From positions 96,001-160,000 of the forward strand of contig CBDCUI010000007.1 of NCBI GenBank assembly GCA_965222615.1: 64,000 nucleotides of DNA. Direction: 5' to 3'. Below, piece by piece: positions 19,555-28,926 of this stretch. The DNA is from Gammaproteobacteria bacterium. Lineage in GTDB: Bacteria > Pseudomonadota > Gammaproteobacteria > UBA4575. Every line of letters begins with the position of its first letter. The stretch's first letter is position 1. The notes under the pieces were generated by a model, which had not been told where the DNA came from, ran no database searches, and worked only from the letters and a program-made list of their open reading frames with translations. Both the position numbers and the translations under genes were made by a program.

Positions 19555-21069
19555 ATGAACGATAAAGTTACAGAGCCTAAGTCAGTATTGAGTCTTTCGC
19601 ATGAAGAGGCGAAAGACTTTTTCCTAAAGCACGAAAGCTACTTCAATGCTGATTTGCCACCTTACTTCCGTTTTGACCAAATATTAAGCGAAGTCGCAAG
19701 TGAACTTGCCGAAAAACCTTTGAATGGGCTCATGGCAGATACCAAAGCTAAGGATTGCGATGGAGTAAACCATGTAATTATTTCCAATAAAGACGGAATG
19801 CTTTCATGGCGGCCTTTGGAGCTTATTCATCCAGTTCTATATGTAAACCTTGTGCGAGAAATGACGAGAGAGGATAAGTGGCAACAACTTAAAGATAGAT
19901 TTGCGCTGTTAAATGATAATGTTTTTATCAAGTGTCTTAGTATTCCTATTGTTGCCTCAAGTGATACTAAAGATCGTGCTGAGCAAGTTTCGCAATGGTG
20001 GCAGGAAGTAGAGCTTCAGTCTGTTGAATATTCCTTAGATTATGAGTATATGTTTGAGACGGATATTACAGATTGCTATGGCTCTATTTATACGCATTCG
20101 ATTGCGTGGGCAGTTGAAGGTAAAGAAAAGTTTAAGAAAAAAGAAAATCGTAACAACACTAGTTTATTAGGCGTGTTTATTGATAAGTCAATACAAGAAA
20201 TGCAGCATAGCCAGACCAATGGCATTCCTCAGGGCTCTGTTTTGATGGATTTTATTGCGGAGATATTGTTGGGCTATATTGATAATGAACTTTCCCAGAA
20301 GATAAACGAGCATGAGATCAGTAGCTATCGGATACTACGTTATAGAGATGATTATCGAATATTCGTTAATAATCCTGAAATGGGTGAGCGTATTCTAAAA
20401 TTATTATCTGAGGTTCTAACAGAATTAGGTCTGCGTTTAAACCCAAATAAAACAATATTCAGCGATGATGTTGTAAATGCGTCCGTCAAAGATGACAAAA
20501 AATCATGGTTAGCTAGTAAATCCTACCATAAAAACCTATTTAAGCATTGCTTGATTATTAAGAAGCACTCAGATCAATTTCCTAATTCAGGAAGCTTGGC
20601 AACAGCTTTGAGTAAATTCTATAAAAGGATTTTAAAACTTAAAGAACTAGATTTATCAGCTAAAGCAATTATCAGCACAGTGATTGATATTGCCTATAAA
20701 AATCCAAGAACATACCCAGTTAGTTTTGCGATTATAAGTAAATATATTTCACTAATGGATGATAAGGAAAAACTTCCATTAATTATGAAAATAAAAAAGA
20801 AGTTTACTAAGCTTCCTAATGTGGGTTATATGGAAGTTTGGTTTCAACGTTCAATTAAGGAAAAAATTAGTGAAGTTGAATTGAATGAGCCACTTTGCCG
20901 AGTTGTAAAAGGAGAGAAAGTAGTAATCTGGAATTCGGAATGGATTGGATCAAAAACACTTAAGAAAATTGTAGAATCAGTATCTGTAGTGGACAGTAAC
21001 AAATTGGCAGAGGCTGAGCCTGTGATTGATTCACTTGAGTTTGATTTATTTCCACAAGGTTCTGGGTAA
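19555..21069 (+). CDS. Abi-P2-like reverse transcriptase (putative anti-phage DNA polymerase)
   Basis: NKDG..SWR, WWQEVE, TDITDCYGSIYTHS, QTNGIPQGS, YRDD (20341-20352), LNPNKT, helical C-terminus with KNPRTYP and EVWFQR; no maturase/endonuclease domain and no retron VTG motif seen. Confidence 0.8.
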   Translation: MNDKVTEPKSVLSLSHEEAKDFFLKHESYFNADLPPYFRFDQILSEVASELAEKPLNGLMADTKAKDCDGVNHVIISNKDGMLSWRPLELIHPVLYVNLVREMTREDKWQQLKDRFALLNDNVFIKCLSIPIVASSDTKDRAEQVSQWWQEVELQSVEYSLDYEYMFETDITDCYGSIYTHSIAWAVEGKEKFKKKENRNNTSLLGVFIDKSIQEMQHSQTNGIPQGSVLMDFIAEILLGYIDNELSQKINEHEISSYRILRYRDDYRIFVNNPEMGERILKLLSEVLTELGLRLNPNKTIFSDDVVNASVKDDKKSWLASKSYHKNLFKHCLIIKKHSDQFPNSGSLATALSKFYKRILKLKELDLSAKAIISTVIDIAYKNPRTYPVSFAIISKYISLMDDKEKLPLIMKIKKKFTKLPNVGYMEVWFQRSIKEKISEVELNEPLCRVVKGEKVVIWNSEWIGSKTLKKIVESVSVVDSNKLAEAEPVIDSLEFDLFPQGSG

Positions 21070-21261
21070 ATTTCAATATTGTAACGGATAAGTTATTTCG
21101 TGATTACGGAAGACCTGCTCGAACTAGCTCACGATTAATTCATAAGCTCTAGTTGAATGACTGCACTCCTCCTTATTCCATATTTTAAGTTGAAGTGTTG
21201 CTTCCACCAATTGGGGTCGCCGCCGTAAGCAGACATCCTGTACGTGCAAGTTCAGAGTCTT

Positions 21262-21519
21262 TCTTAGACTTCCCATTATTTACTTGACGAGCAAGCAGAT
21301 AAGACTGCTGACAAATGAATATGGATATTCATTTGAGGCACGCAACGCATGGATGCGTTTCGGGCCGACAGCAAAGTCGTTCTGTGCAGCGAGTGAACCC
21401 TGTAAGGGCAAGTAAATTTGGGTGTCCTTTCTTTTGGTTCGTTTTCTTTGGACAAGCAAAGAAAATGAACAACCTAATTTGATGACTTTAAATTAATGCT
21501 CTGAACGTTCCCTTCTTGC
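21262..21519 (-). repeat. Structured element, right copy, inverted relative to 19109-19380
   Basis: Same terminal blocks in reverse complement; stems ATTTACTTG/CAAGTAAAT, CAAATGAATAT-GG-ATATTCATTTG, AACGCAT-GG-ATGCGTT. Confidence 0.85.
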
Positions 21520-21568
21520 CGAAGTAAAAAATGATTCGTTTACTGGATTGCTTCGCTATGCTCGCAAT

Positions 21569-22649
21569 TGTATAGGTTACGTAAATCGTTGATGAAAATC
21601 ACTCATCCGATAATCTTAGATAAGTGTCTAAGCAACTCGGAACAGGAGGAGAAGCCATCATGCGAATCAACAGTCGAGATAGCACGTTAAAGAAGAACTA
21701 CATTCAGAAATATCAATATCTAATAGCTGAATACGAACAAGTTAAAGCCAAGCAGCACCCGCAGTATCGCCGGGTCAAAGACTTCTATGCGGCCCACGGT
21801 ACTTGTCCTCAAACGTTTTTAAAATACTACGCACGCTATCGTCAAAGTGGTAATGTGGTTTCTTTATTACCCGCCAAACGTGGGCCGAAATGGCGTACTC
21901 GACGCACTTGTCCGCAGATCGAAGCGCAAGTCCTCAAAGCGCGTGCGCAAGGCAATAATCGCTATGAGATTCATCTTATCTTACAAGCGAAATTAGGTCA
22001 GAATACGCCCTCGCCATCATGTATCTATCAGATCTTCAAACGTCATGGAGTGAACCGATTAAGGCCTGCTATGCAAGAAGAAAAACGCCGCATTATTCGA
22101 GAAAAGGCAGGCGAGCTCGCCCATATAGACTGTCATCACTTGAGTAAGGATATGATTGCCAATGAATCCAAGCGTCGCTATTTAGTGTGTGTGGTGGATG
22201 CCTACAGTCGTATTGCCTGGGCGCAAGTGGTCGAGGATATTCAAAGTCTAACGGTGATGTTTGCTACGCTGCGTTGTTTCAACTATTTATCGAGTCAATA
22301 TGGGATTCAGTTTGCAGAAGTCCTGACAGATAATGGACCGGAGTTCGGAGTCAAAGAGTCGAAACAAAAACCCAAACATGCCTTTGAGCGCATGTTACTA
22401 GAGATGGGCATCAAACATCGCTATACAAGACCTTATCGTCCACAAACCAATGGCAAAGTGGAACGCTTTTGGAGAACCTTGAACGAAGATTTGATTGATG
22501 GTACTTACTTTACCTCAGAAAAACACTTTGCAGATGAACTGAGTGCCTACTTAATTTATTACAATGAAGCGAGAGCCCATCAAGGTATTGATGGCAAAAC
22601 TCCCGCTTCCATGCTACAAAATCTATCAACGAATTAGATAACACATACA
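21569..22649 (+). mobile_element. IS481-family insertion sequence, 1081 bp
   Basis: TGT...ACA ends, imperfect TIRs (TGTATAGGTTACGTAAATCGTTGAT vs reverse-complement TGTATGTGTTATCTAATTCGTTGAT), GCAAT duplicated at 21564-21568 and 22650-22654. Confidence 0.92.
21660..22637 (+). CDS. IS481-family DDE transposase (ATG 21660; GTG 21624 alternative)
   Basis: HID, VDAYSR, TDNGPEF, PQTNGKVERF, YNEARAH integrase core; GGAG RBS before ATG. Confidence 0.92.
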   Translation: MRINSRDSTLKKNYIQKYQYLIAEYEQVKAKQHPQYRRVKDFYAAHGTCPQTFLKYYARYRQSGNVVSLLPAKRGPKWRTRRTCPQIEAQVLKARAQGNNRYEIHLILQAKLGQNTPSPSCIYQIFKRHGVNRLRPAMQEEKRRIIREKAGELAHIDCHHLSKDMIANESKRRYLVCVVDAYSRIAWAQVVEDIQSLTVMFATLRCFNYLSSQYGIQFAEVLTDNGPEFGVKESKQKPKHAFERMLLEMGIKHRYTRPYRPQTNGKVERFWRTLNEDLIDGTYFTSEKHFADELSAYLIYYNEARAHQGIDGKTPASMLQNLSTN

Positions 22650-22707
22650 GCAATGACAAGTACGGTGGGTTACCAAGTATTGTATATAACGACAAGATAA
22701 ACGAAGT

Positions 22708-23949
22708 TTATCTTGCAAAAGCCGGTCTATCCTTATTCAACCCCATCGCATGCGTCATAAAAAACTTTTTAACCGGTTGAATTTTATCTGCTGCATTTAA
22801 TGCAACATTACGTGCAGTGACAACTGGTTTTGCGGTAGATCCAAATGCTGCCACAAATGCATCCATGGCTTTTTGCATAATTTGTGTCTCCCCTACCCGG
22901 GCACGTTCATATTTGCGCAACACTTTATAACTACCGATATCACGCTCCCTATTAATAGATGAGCGTGCCAATACATCTGCCAGCACTGCGGCATCGGTAA
23001 ACCCAAGATTGGCCCCTTGGCCGGCTAGTGGGTGTATGGCATGTGCAGCATCACCTACTAATGCGATACGTGGTTGCACCATGCAATCGGCATGACCCGA
23101 CACCAACGGAAAACCTGCACACTTGGAACGTAAAGTAATTTCACCCAGTTTGGATTCACTGGCTTGGGCTAAGGCATCTGCAAATTTATGCTCATTCAAC
23201 TTCATGAGTTCATCGGCATAATCATCACTTACCGACCACACAATGGAACACTCCCCATTGTTTAACGGTAATAACGCCAATGGACCGGTATTTAAAAATC
23301 GTTGCCATGCAGTATCTTCATGTGCACGTTCGGTTTGTACACGTGCGACTAGACCTAGCTGTTGATAACTTTTTTCGGTGTAGGAAATATCTGCAAGACT
23401 ACGAACCGTGGAACGATGCCCGTCTGCTCCTACGAGTAATTTAGCAATTATGACTTGATCGTTATCAAGTATGACTTCTACATTGTCCGCATGCGTTATC
23501 ACTTTGTTGATGGTTTTATTTAAGTACCATTTAATATTGGGTTGTTGTTGCAAAACCTCATGTAAACTAGACTGAATCACGATGTTCTCAACGATGTACC
23601 CAAGATTGGCTTGGTTTACGTCGATGGCATTGAAACTAATGTTTGCATTACCGGCTTCATCCCAAACATGCATATTTGTATAAGGCGTAATACGCTTTGA
23701 CGCCATAGCAGACCATGCATCGATATATTCAAAAATGGCTTTAGATCCAGGACTTACTGCAGTGACCCTTGCTTCCCACTCTTGTTGTGAATCAAATGTA
23801 TGTGGTTCTGCGCGATCGATAATAGCAAGTGTTTTGCCTTGTTTAGCTAACAGGTTCGCAAGCGTAAGACCTACCATGCCGGCTCCTACGATAACTACAT
23901 CAACAGTTAGGTGCTCAGAAGCCAAAAGAAGCACCTCTATATAAACCAA
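22708..23949 (-). CDS. ubiI: UbiI/VisC FAD-dependent ubiquinone hydroxylase
   Basis: GAGMVG, GADG, GDAAHAIHPLAGQGANLG; follows ubiH. Confidence 0.82.
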   Translation of the reverse strand: MVYIEVLLLASEHLTVDVVIVGAGMVGLTLANLLAKQGKTLAIIDRAEPHTFDSQQEWEARVTAVSPGSKAIFEYIDAWSAMASKRITPYTNMHVWDEAGNANISFNAIDVNQANLGYIVENIVIQSSLHEVLQQQPNIKWYLNKTINKVITHADNVEVILDNDQVIIAKLLVGADGHRSTVRSLADISYTEKSYQQLGLVARVQTERAHEDTAWQRFLNTGPLALLPLNNGECSIVWSVSDDYADELMKLNEHKFADALAQASESKLGEITLRSKCAGFPLVSGHADCMVQPRIALVGDAAHAIHPLAGQGANLGFTDAAVLADVLARSSINRERDIGSYKVLRKYERARVGETQIMQKAMDAFVAAFGSTAKPVVTARNVALNAADKIQPVKKFFMTHAMGLNKDRPAFAR

Positions 23950-23964
23950 TATATAAACATGTAC

Positions 23965-25179
23965 TCATGAATTGACTGCCTGGCCCCGCAACAAGCTTGC
24001 GCTTGAACCCAAAGTACCTAAATTTTGTTTAACGACACGTTCTTCCAATATCGGGATTGCACCAAGTAATGCCAAACCTAAACCGCGGGAACGCGACAAC
24101 AAGGGATAATCTGCATTGAAAATAAAATTAAGCCGGTCGGTGAACCGAACGGTCTTTTCAATATCCGGTTGGCGCTTGGTTTCATAGGCTTGTAATTTTT
24201 TCTCGATCGATTCAACGTCATTTTCATTTTTTATTAAAATTTCGCTCAGTTCTGCAATATCGCGCAAAGCCAAATTTAATCCCTGTCCGGCCACAGGATG
24301 TAAGGTTTGCGCGGCATTGCCAACTAATACAGCGCGACCCTGTACACGTTGCTCACTCACGGTGAGTGTAAGGGGATAGGCAAATCGTTTGGTTACATTT
24401 GAAAAATGTCCAAGGCGAAAACCAAATGCTTGCTGCAATTTATCCAAGAAAACCTGATCAGAGAGGTTTAAATATTTTTCGGCAGTAGCGTCTGGATTCA
24501 TCCAGATAAACCCGCAACGATTTCCTCTGCGAGGTAAAAGTGCTAATGGCCCATTTTCTGTAAAACGTTCATAAGCCGTATATTGATGATGATTTTCTGT
24601 GTCAACGCAACCAACAATGGCAGTTTGTTGATAAGATTTTTCCTTGAAAGGGATATTTAACTTATCGCGTATAAAAGAACGCGCCCCGTCTGCAGCAACT
24701 AATAATTTCGCAGTGATTGACTCGCCGTCACCATGAAATATGACTTGATCGCCCTGCGCTTTAACATCAGATACCTTATACGGCTGTAGGCGTTGAATAT
24801 TCTTTTGTTGTTGTAAGTGTTGTTGTAAGGCATTGCTTAGTTGTTCTGCAGGTACCAGATAACCAAAACACTCTACCTCATAGCGCGCGCTGTTCAGACG
24901 CGTAGCACCAAAGCGACCTTGATCAGAGATATGAATCTTTTTAATGGGAACAGCTTCTGCATCGAGTTGCTGCCACAAACCTAAGACGGAATACATTTTT
25001 TTCGAGGCTAAGGCTAAAGCAATGCTTCTACCGTCTTGATTAGTTGTTGCATGATTAATTTGCGGGAGTGGTTGGCTATCAACCAATGCAATTCGATACT
25101 TTGTTGCAGACAATGCACAGGCTAAGCTGCTGCCTACTAGACCGGCACCTACAATCGCAATATCAAACTGACCTTGCAT
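23965..25179 (-). CDS. ubiH: 2-octaprenyl-6-methoxyphenol hydroxylase
   Basis: IHISDQGRFG, AYERFT, GNAAQTLHPVAGQGLNL; follows pepP. Confidence 0.92.
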   Translation of the reverse strand: MQGQFDIAIVGAGLVGSSLACALSATKYRIALVDSQPLPQINHATTNQDGRSIALALASKKMYSVLGLWQQLDAEAVPIKKIHISDQGRFGATRLNSARYEVECFGYLVPAEQLSNALQQHLQQQKNIQRLQPYKVSDVKAQGDQVIFHGDGESITAKLLVAADGARSFIRDKLNIPFKEKSYQQTAIVGCVDTENHHQYTAYERFTENGPLALLPRRGNRCGFIWMNPDATAEKYLNLSDQVFLDKLQQAFGFRLGHFSNVTKRFAYPLTLTVSEQRVQGRAVLVGNAAQTLHPVAGQGLNLALRDIAELSEILIKNENDVESIEKKLQAYETKRQPDIEKTVRFTDRLNFIFNADYPLLSRSRGLGLALLGAIPILEERVVKQNLGTLGSSASLLRGQAVNS

Positions 25180-25193
25180 ATCACGAGAAAATG

Positions 25194-26504
25194 TTAATGC
25201 ACAGAAGCTGACATCCAGGCCTCAATGTCATCGGGTTCTCGAATAAGCTTTTCAGTCAGGACCTTGTTGCCATCTTTGGTGACCAGCACATCATCTTCGA
25301 TACGAATACCAATATTCCAAAATCGCTTTGGTACACCACGTGCTTTGGAGATGTATAAGCCTGGCTCTACCGTCAAGGTCATGCCTGGCTCAAGTAAGCG
25401 CCATTCCTCATCAAAACGATAATCTCCCACATCGTGTACATCCAGTCCTAACCAATGGCCGGTGCGATGCATATAAAACTGACGATATTCTTCATCTTTA
25501 ATAAGTTTGGCAGGCCTACCTTTTAATAGGCCCAGGCTCACTAAACCCTTGGTAAGTACCCTTACTGCTTCATTATGTGGATCATTCCAATGGTTGCCAG
25601 GTATTACTTTTTTAATCGCTGCAGTCTGGGCTTCAAGCACGAGTTCGTAGACTTCACGTTGCACTTTGCTATATCTACCATTCACCGGAAAGGTGCGCGT
25701 GATATCACTGGCGTAGCCTTGGTATTCTGCACCCGCATCAATCAATAACAAATCTCCGTCATTGAGCACTTGATTGTTTTCGATATAGTGCAAAATACAA
25801 CCGTTTTCACCGCCTCCCACAATACAAGGATAAGCCGTTACACAACCCACCTTTCTAAATTCGTAAATAAGCTCTGCTTCGATTTCATATTCATACATGC
25901 CTGGTTTACAGGTTTGCATGGCACGTAGATGACCTGCAATCGCAGCCTTTGAAGCCTTACGCATGAGCGCGAGTTCACTGCGTGATTTATACAAACGCAT
26001 ATCGTGCAAAAAGTAATCCAACGATAGCAATTCATGCGGGACATGTTTTGAAGTTCTAGATGAGCCCCTCGATTTGTTGACCCAATTGATTACTTTGCGA
26101 TCAAAATTTACATCGCGTCCCATTGGATAAAAAATGCGCTCGCGATCAGATAAAAACTTAGGTAATAATTCATCCAACTTACTAATCGAATATGCCTTAT
26201 CGACTAAAAAGTTTTCTTCCGCCCCTTTTTGTCCCGCTCTGCGACCGTCCCATACTTCCTGTTCAGGATTGCGGTCCCGACAAAACAATATGTATTGACC
26301 TTCTGCATGTCCTGGTAGCAATAGAGCTAAAGAATCTGGCTCATTAAATCCCGTAAGATATAAAAAATCACTGTCCTGACGAAAGATGTAATCGACATCC
26401 CGATTGCGAGAAATGGAACTCGCCGAAGGTATGATCGCAGCACCATCGCTACCTACCATGCGCATCAACGTCTTACGTCGCTTAAGCAGCTCTTTTTGGT
26501 TCAT
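25194..26504 (-). CDS. pepP: Xaa-Pro aminopeptidase
   Basis: FRQDSDFLYLTG, YASDITRT, GHWLGLDVHD, GIRIEDD. Confidence 0.96.
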   Translation of the reverse strand: MNQKELLKRRKTLMRMVGSDGAAIIPSASSISRNRDVDYIFRQDSDFLYLTGFNEPDSLALLLPGHAEGQYILFCRDRNPEQEVWDGRRAGQKGAEENFLVDKAYSISKLDELLPKFLSDRERIFYPMGRDVNFDRKVINWVNKSRGSSRTSKHVPHELLSLDYFLHDMRLYKSRSELALMRKASKAAIAGHLRAMQTCKPGMYEYEIEAELIYEFRKVGCVTAYPCIVGGGENGCILHYIENNQVLNDGDLLLIDAGAEYQGYASDITRTFPVNGRYSKVQREVYELVLEAQTAAIKKVIPGNHWNDPHNEAVRVLTKGLVSLGLLKGRPAKLIKDEEYRQFYMHRTGHWLGLDVHDVGDYRFDEEWRLLEPGMTLTVEPGLYISKARGVPKRFWNIGIRIEDDVLVTKDGNKVLTEKLIREPDDIEAWMSASVH

Positions 26505-26524
26505 TATTTGTTCAGGATAGCGGC

Positions 26525-27073
26525 CTATTGAATAGTGATTGGACTATTCATAGGTTGTAATTCTTCATTGATGAGTAGAATACCCATCCTTACATATTCC
26601 AGGATATCGTTGTAAGCGACTTCATTCATTTCATCCTCCTCATCCTCTTCGGATGCCTGTGAAATTGTCACAATATCTTGTAGGACTTCAAATGAATCTT
26701 CTGGAAGTTGAGACAGATCATTGACACCAGCAAGCGCTAATCCAAACAAAAAGCCTTCGCACCATTTCTTTAAAGCCACCACACGTCCACTTAAGCTATC
26801 GATGTCTTCAGGTATTAGCAATGAAAAGTCAAGTAAAGCGTCGTTAAGTTCTTGCTTAGTGTGTTCATACAATGCCTGTAATGTGTCACGTTCTTCCATG
26901 ACATTTGATTGGTTATGCGGTGTATGTGTACAAATTTCATCCAACCAGCGATTACACCGCAATGAATTATTCACAATTAACATTGCACACAACATGCCGT
27001 GACAATCTTCCGGAGAGTAAGGGGACTCTACCCTAGATAAAGCATCTTCGATTTGCTCGTATTTTGGTGTCAT
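26525..27073 (-). CDS. ygfB: UPF0149 (YgfB) family protein
   Basis: HGMLCA, WCEGFLFG, EYVRMG; conserved position upstream of pepP. Confidence 0.88.
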   Translation of the reverse strand: MTPKYEQIEDALSRVESPYSPEDCHGMLCAMLIVNNSLRCNRWLDEICTHTPHNQSNVMEERDTLQALYEHTKQELNDALLDFSLLIPEDIDSLSGRVVALKKWCEGFLFGLALAGVNDLSQLPEDSFEVLQDIVTISQASEEDEEDEMNEVAYNDILEYVRMGILLINEELQPMNSPITIQ

Positions 27074-27220
27074 TTGAATTCGATTTTAACATTTACTGAA
27101 ACAATCACCCTATCTAGTTAGTGCAGTCATATGCATAGTACCCATAATTCTATTAGTGGTTTTAAACTTATTTTGTAGATTAGTATTGACGATACAGCTT
27201 CTACAGCCTACCATTTTGAA

Positions 27221-27454
27221 ATGGACAAGCCAGAATCAGGAAAACTCGATGAGCAGGTTTTAAAAGGATTAGAAATCCGTGTGGGGGAACTTATTAGAAC
27301 TTGCGAAGAGCTCAAAAAAGAAAACCGCCTTTTAAGATTACAACAAGACACATATACGACTGAGCGTGCAACTTTGATAGATAAAAATGAGCAAGCACGT
27401 AAACGAGTGGAAGCTATGATTACTCGACTTAAGTCTATGGAAGTTACTGTATGA
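27221..27454 (+). CDS. TIGR02449-type coiled-coil protein (ZapB-like)
   Basis: KNEQARKRVEAMITRLKSME; overlaps zapA start. Confidence 0.85.
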   Translation: MDKPESGKLDEQVLKGLEIRVGELIRTCEELKKENRLLRLQQDTYTTERATLIDKNEQARKRVEAMITRLKSMEVTV

Positions 27455-27765
27455 CTTCGAATGAGCCTCCTGTAACCCTTAATATTTTAGACAAAGAATA
27501 CCGTGTGGCCTGCCCAGTAGGCGAAGAAGAATCATTGCAGGCTTCTGCACACTTATTGAATACTCGCATTCAAGAGATTCGAGATCGTGGTAAGGCCATC
27601 GGGGCCGATCGCATTGCTGTGATGGCTGCATTGAATTTAGCCAATGATTTTATTCATCAACAAAATGAGCACAATCGTACTAACAAATCTTTCTCTTCTC
27701 GCATTCGTACCCTGCAAAACCGTATAGACGACGCCTTAAAAGATTCCCAACAGCTAGAACTGTAG
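27451..27765 (+). CDS. zapA: Cell division protein ZapA
   Basis: ILDKEYRVACP, RIAVMAALN. Confidence 0.93.
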   Translation: MTSNEPPVTLNILDKEYRVACPVGEEESLQASAHLLNTRIQEIRDRGKAIGADRIAVMAALNLANDFIHQQNEHNRTNKSFSSRIRTLQNRIDDALKDSQQLEL

Positions 27766-27872
27766 GAAACTTCTAGTTTATACATACCTTGAATCTGAAA
27801 ATTTTTGCTCGTCGTCCACTTCCTCCAGAATAAATTATAGACCCCTTAAAAATCTGCTACAGTTTGGTAAGT

Positions 27873-28064
27873 CGGACACCTCTATGATACAGGTGAGCTA
27901 CCCGGTATATCCCTTGAGCCTATTTTTTTATACCGGGGGCAATACTATAGAAGTGTTGATGCGCATGTCCGAAAAATCGGAAAGCCTAATGCACTTCTTG
28001 GTGCTCCCACTTGAACCTTTGGTTCAAGGACAACGGTTGCCACGGTAATTATGGAGTGTGTCCG
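27873..28064 (+). ncRNA. ssrS: 6S RNA
   Basis: Directly downstream of zapA; ends pair (CGGACAC/GTGTCCG); CCCTTGAGCC and CTTGAACC..GGTTCAAGG blocks typical of 6S; TACAGT -10 at 27858. Confidence 0.88.
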
Positions 28065-28125
28065 CATTCCATAATTCAAAATCATAAAAATTTTAATCAA
28101 TTCAAACTATGGCGGGAGGATAATC

Positions 28126-28578
28126 ATGCAGTACTGGTTAATGAAATCAGAACCCAGTGAATACAGCATTGATGACTTAAAGCGTGACAAGATTGAACAC
28201 TGGGATGGTGTACGAAACTATCAAGCACGCAATATGATGCGTGATGATATGAAAAAAGGTGACTTAGCCTTTATGTACCATTCCAACTGTGACGAAATTG
28301 GAATCGTTGGCATTATGACTGTCGAGCGTGAGAGCTATGTCGATCACACTGCTTTTGATAAAAAAGACAAGCACTATGATCCAAAAAGCAACCCAGATAA
28401 TCCTCGCTGGTTTATGGTAGATGTACGCTATAAACGAAAACTTAAACGAACAATTACTCTCAAAGAGCTCAAACAATACAAAAAATTATTTGATTTGCAG
28501 CTGTTAAAGCGTGGAAATCGACTTTCTATAATGCCTGTTAGTAAAAAACATTGGGATTTCATTCTCAGTTTAGAATAA
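28126..28578 (+). CDS. EVE domain protein
   Basis: YWLMKSEP, WDGVRNYQARN, YHSNC, RLSIMPV. Confidence 0.94.
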   Translation: MQYWLMKSEPSEYSIDDLKRDKIEHWDGVRNYQARNMMRDDMKKGDLAFMYHSNCDEIGIVGIMTVERESYVDHTAFDKKDKHYDPKSNPDNPRWFMVDVRYKRKLKRTITLKELKQYKKLFDLQLLKRGNRLSIMPVSKKHWDFILSLE

Positions 28579-28926
28579 AAAAAATAAAATTTTTCAAATT
28601 TTTTTTTTCATTTAAAAACATAAAATGTATTTTAAACATTGCTGCTGTTTTACTTTTTTGCGCAATATTTTTATAAAATTAGGCTAAATTCACTAAAAAA
28701 ACAGCGAATTCTTGTTGTTATGTTAAATATTTAACTATAAAACAGGTTTTATACATCATCACTTTCCAATTTTTTTTATTTTATAAACGCAAATTTTTAA
28801 AAAAAATTTAAAAACATTCTCGATAGAAAGTTTAAAAAACATTACAAAAAAACTAGTATTTATTTAGTAAATGTATATACTCTGGCGCGTCTATAACTCA
28901 ACGTTTAATGTTTGGAGGGAGTATTG

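Noticed and set aside
19109-21069. Classical retron (msr-msd plus RT), group II intron or DGR
   Set aside because: RT motifs fit the Abi-P2-like class (YRDD; no VTG, maturase domain or TR/VR pair seen), and the upstream structure has an inverted sibling downstream, unlike msr-msd
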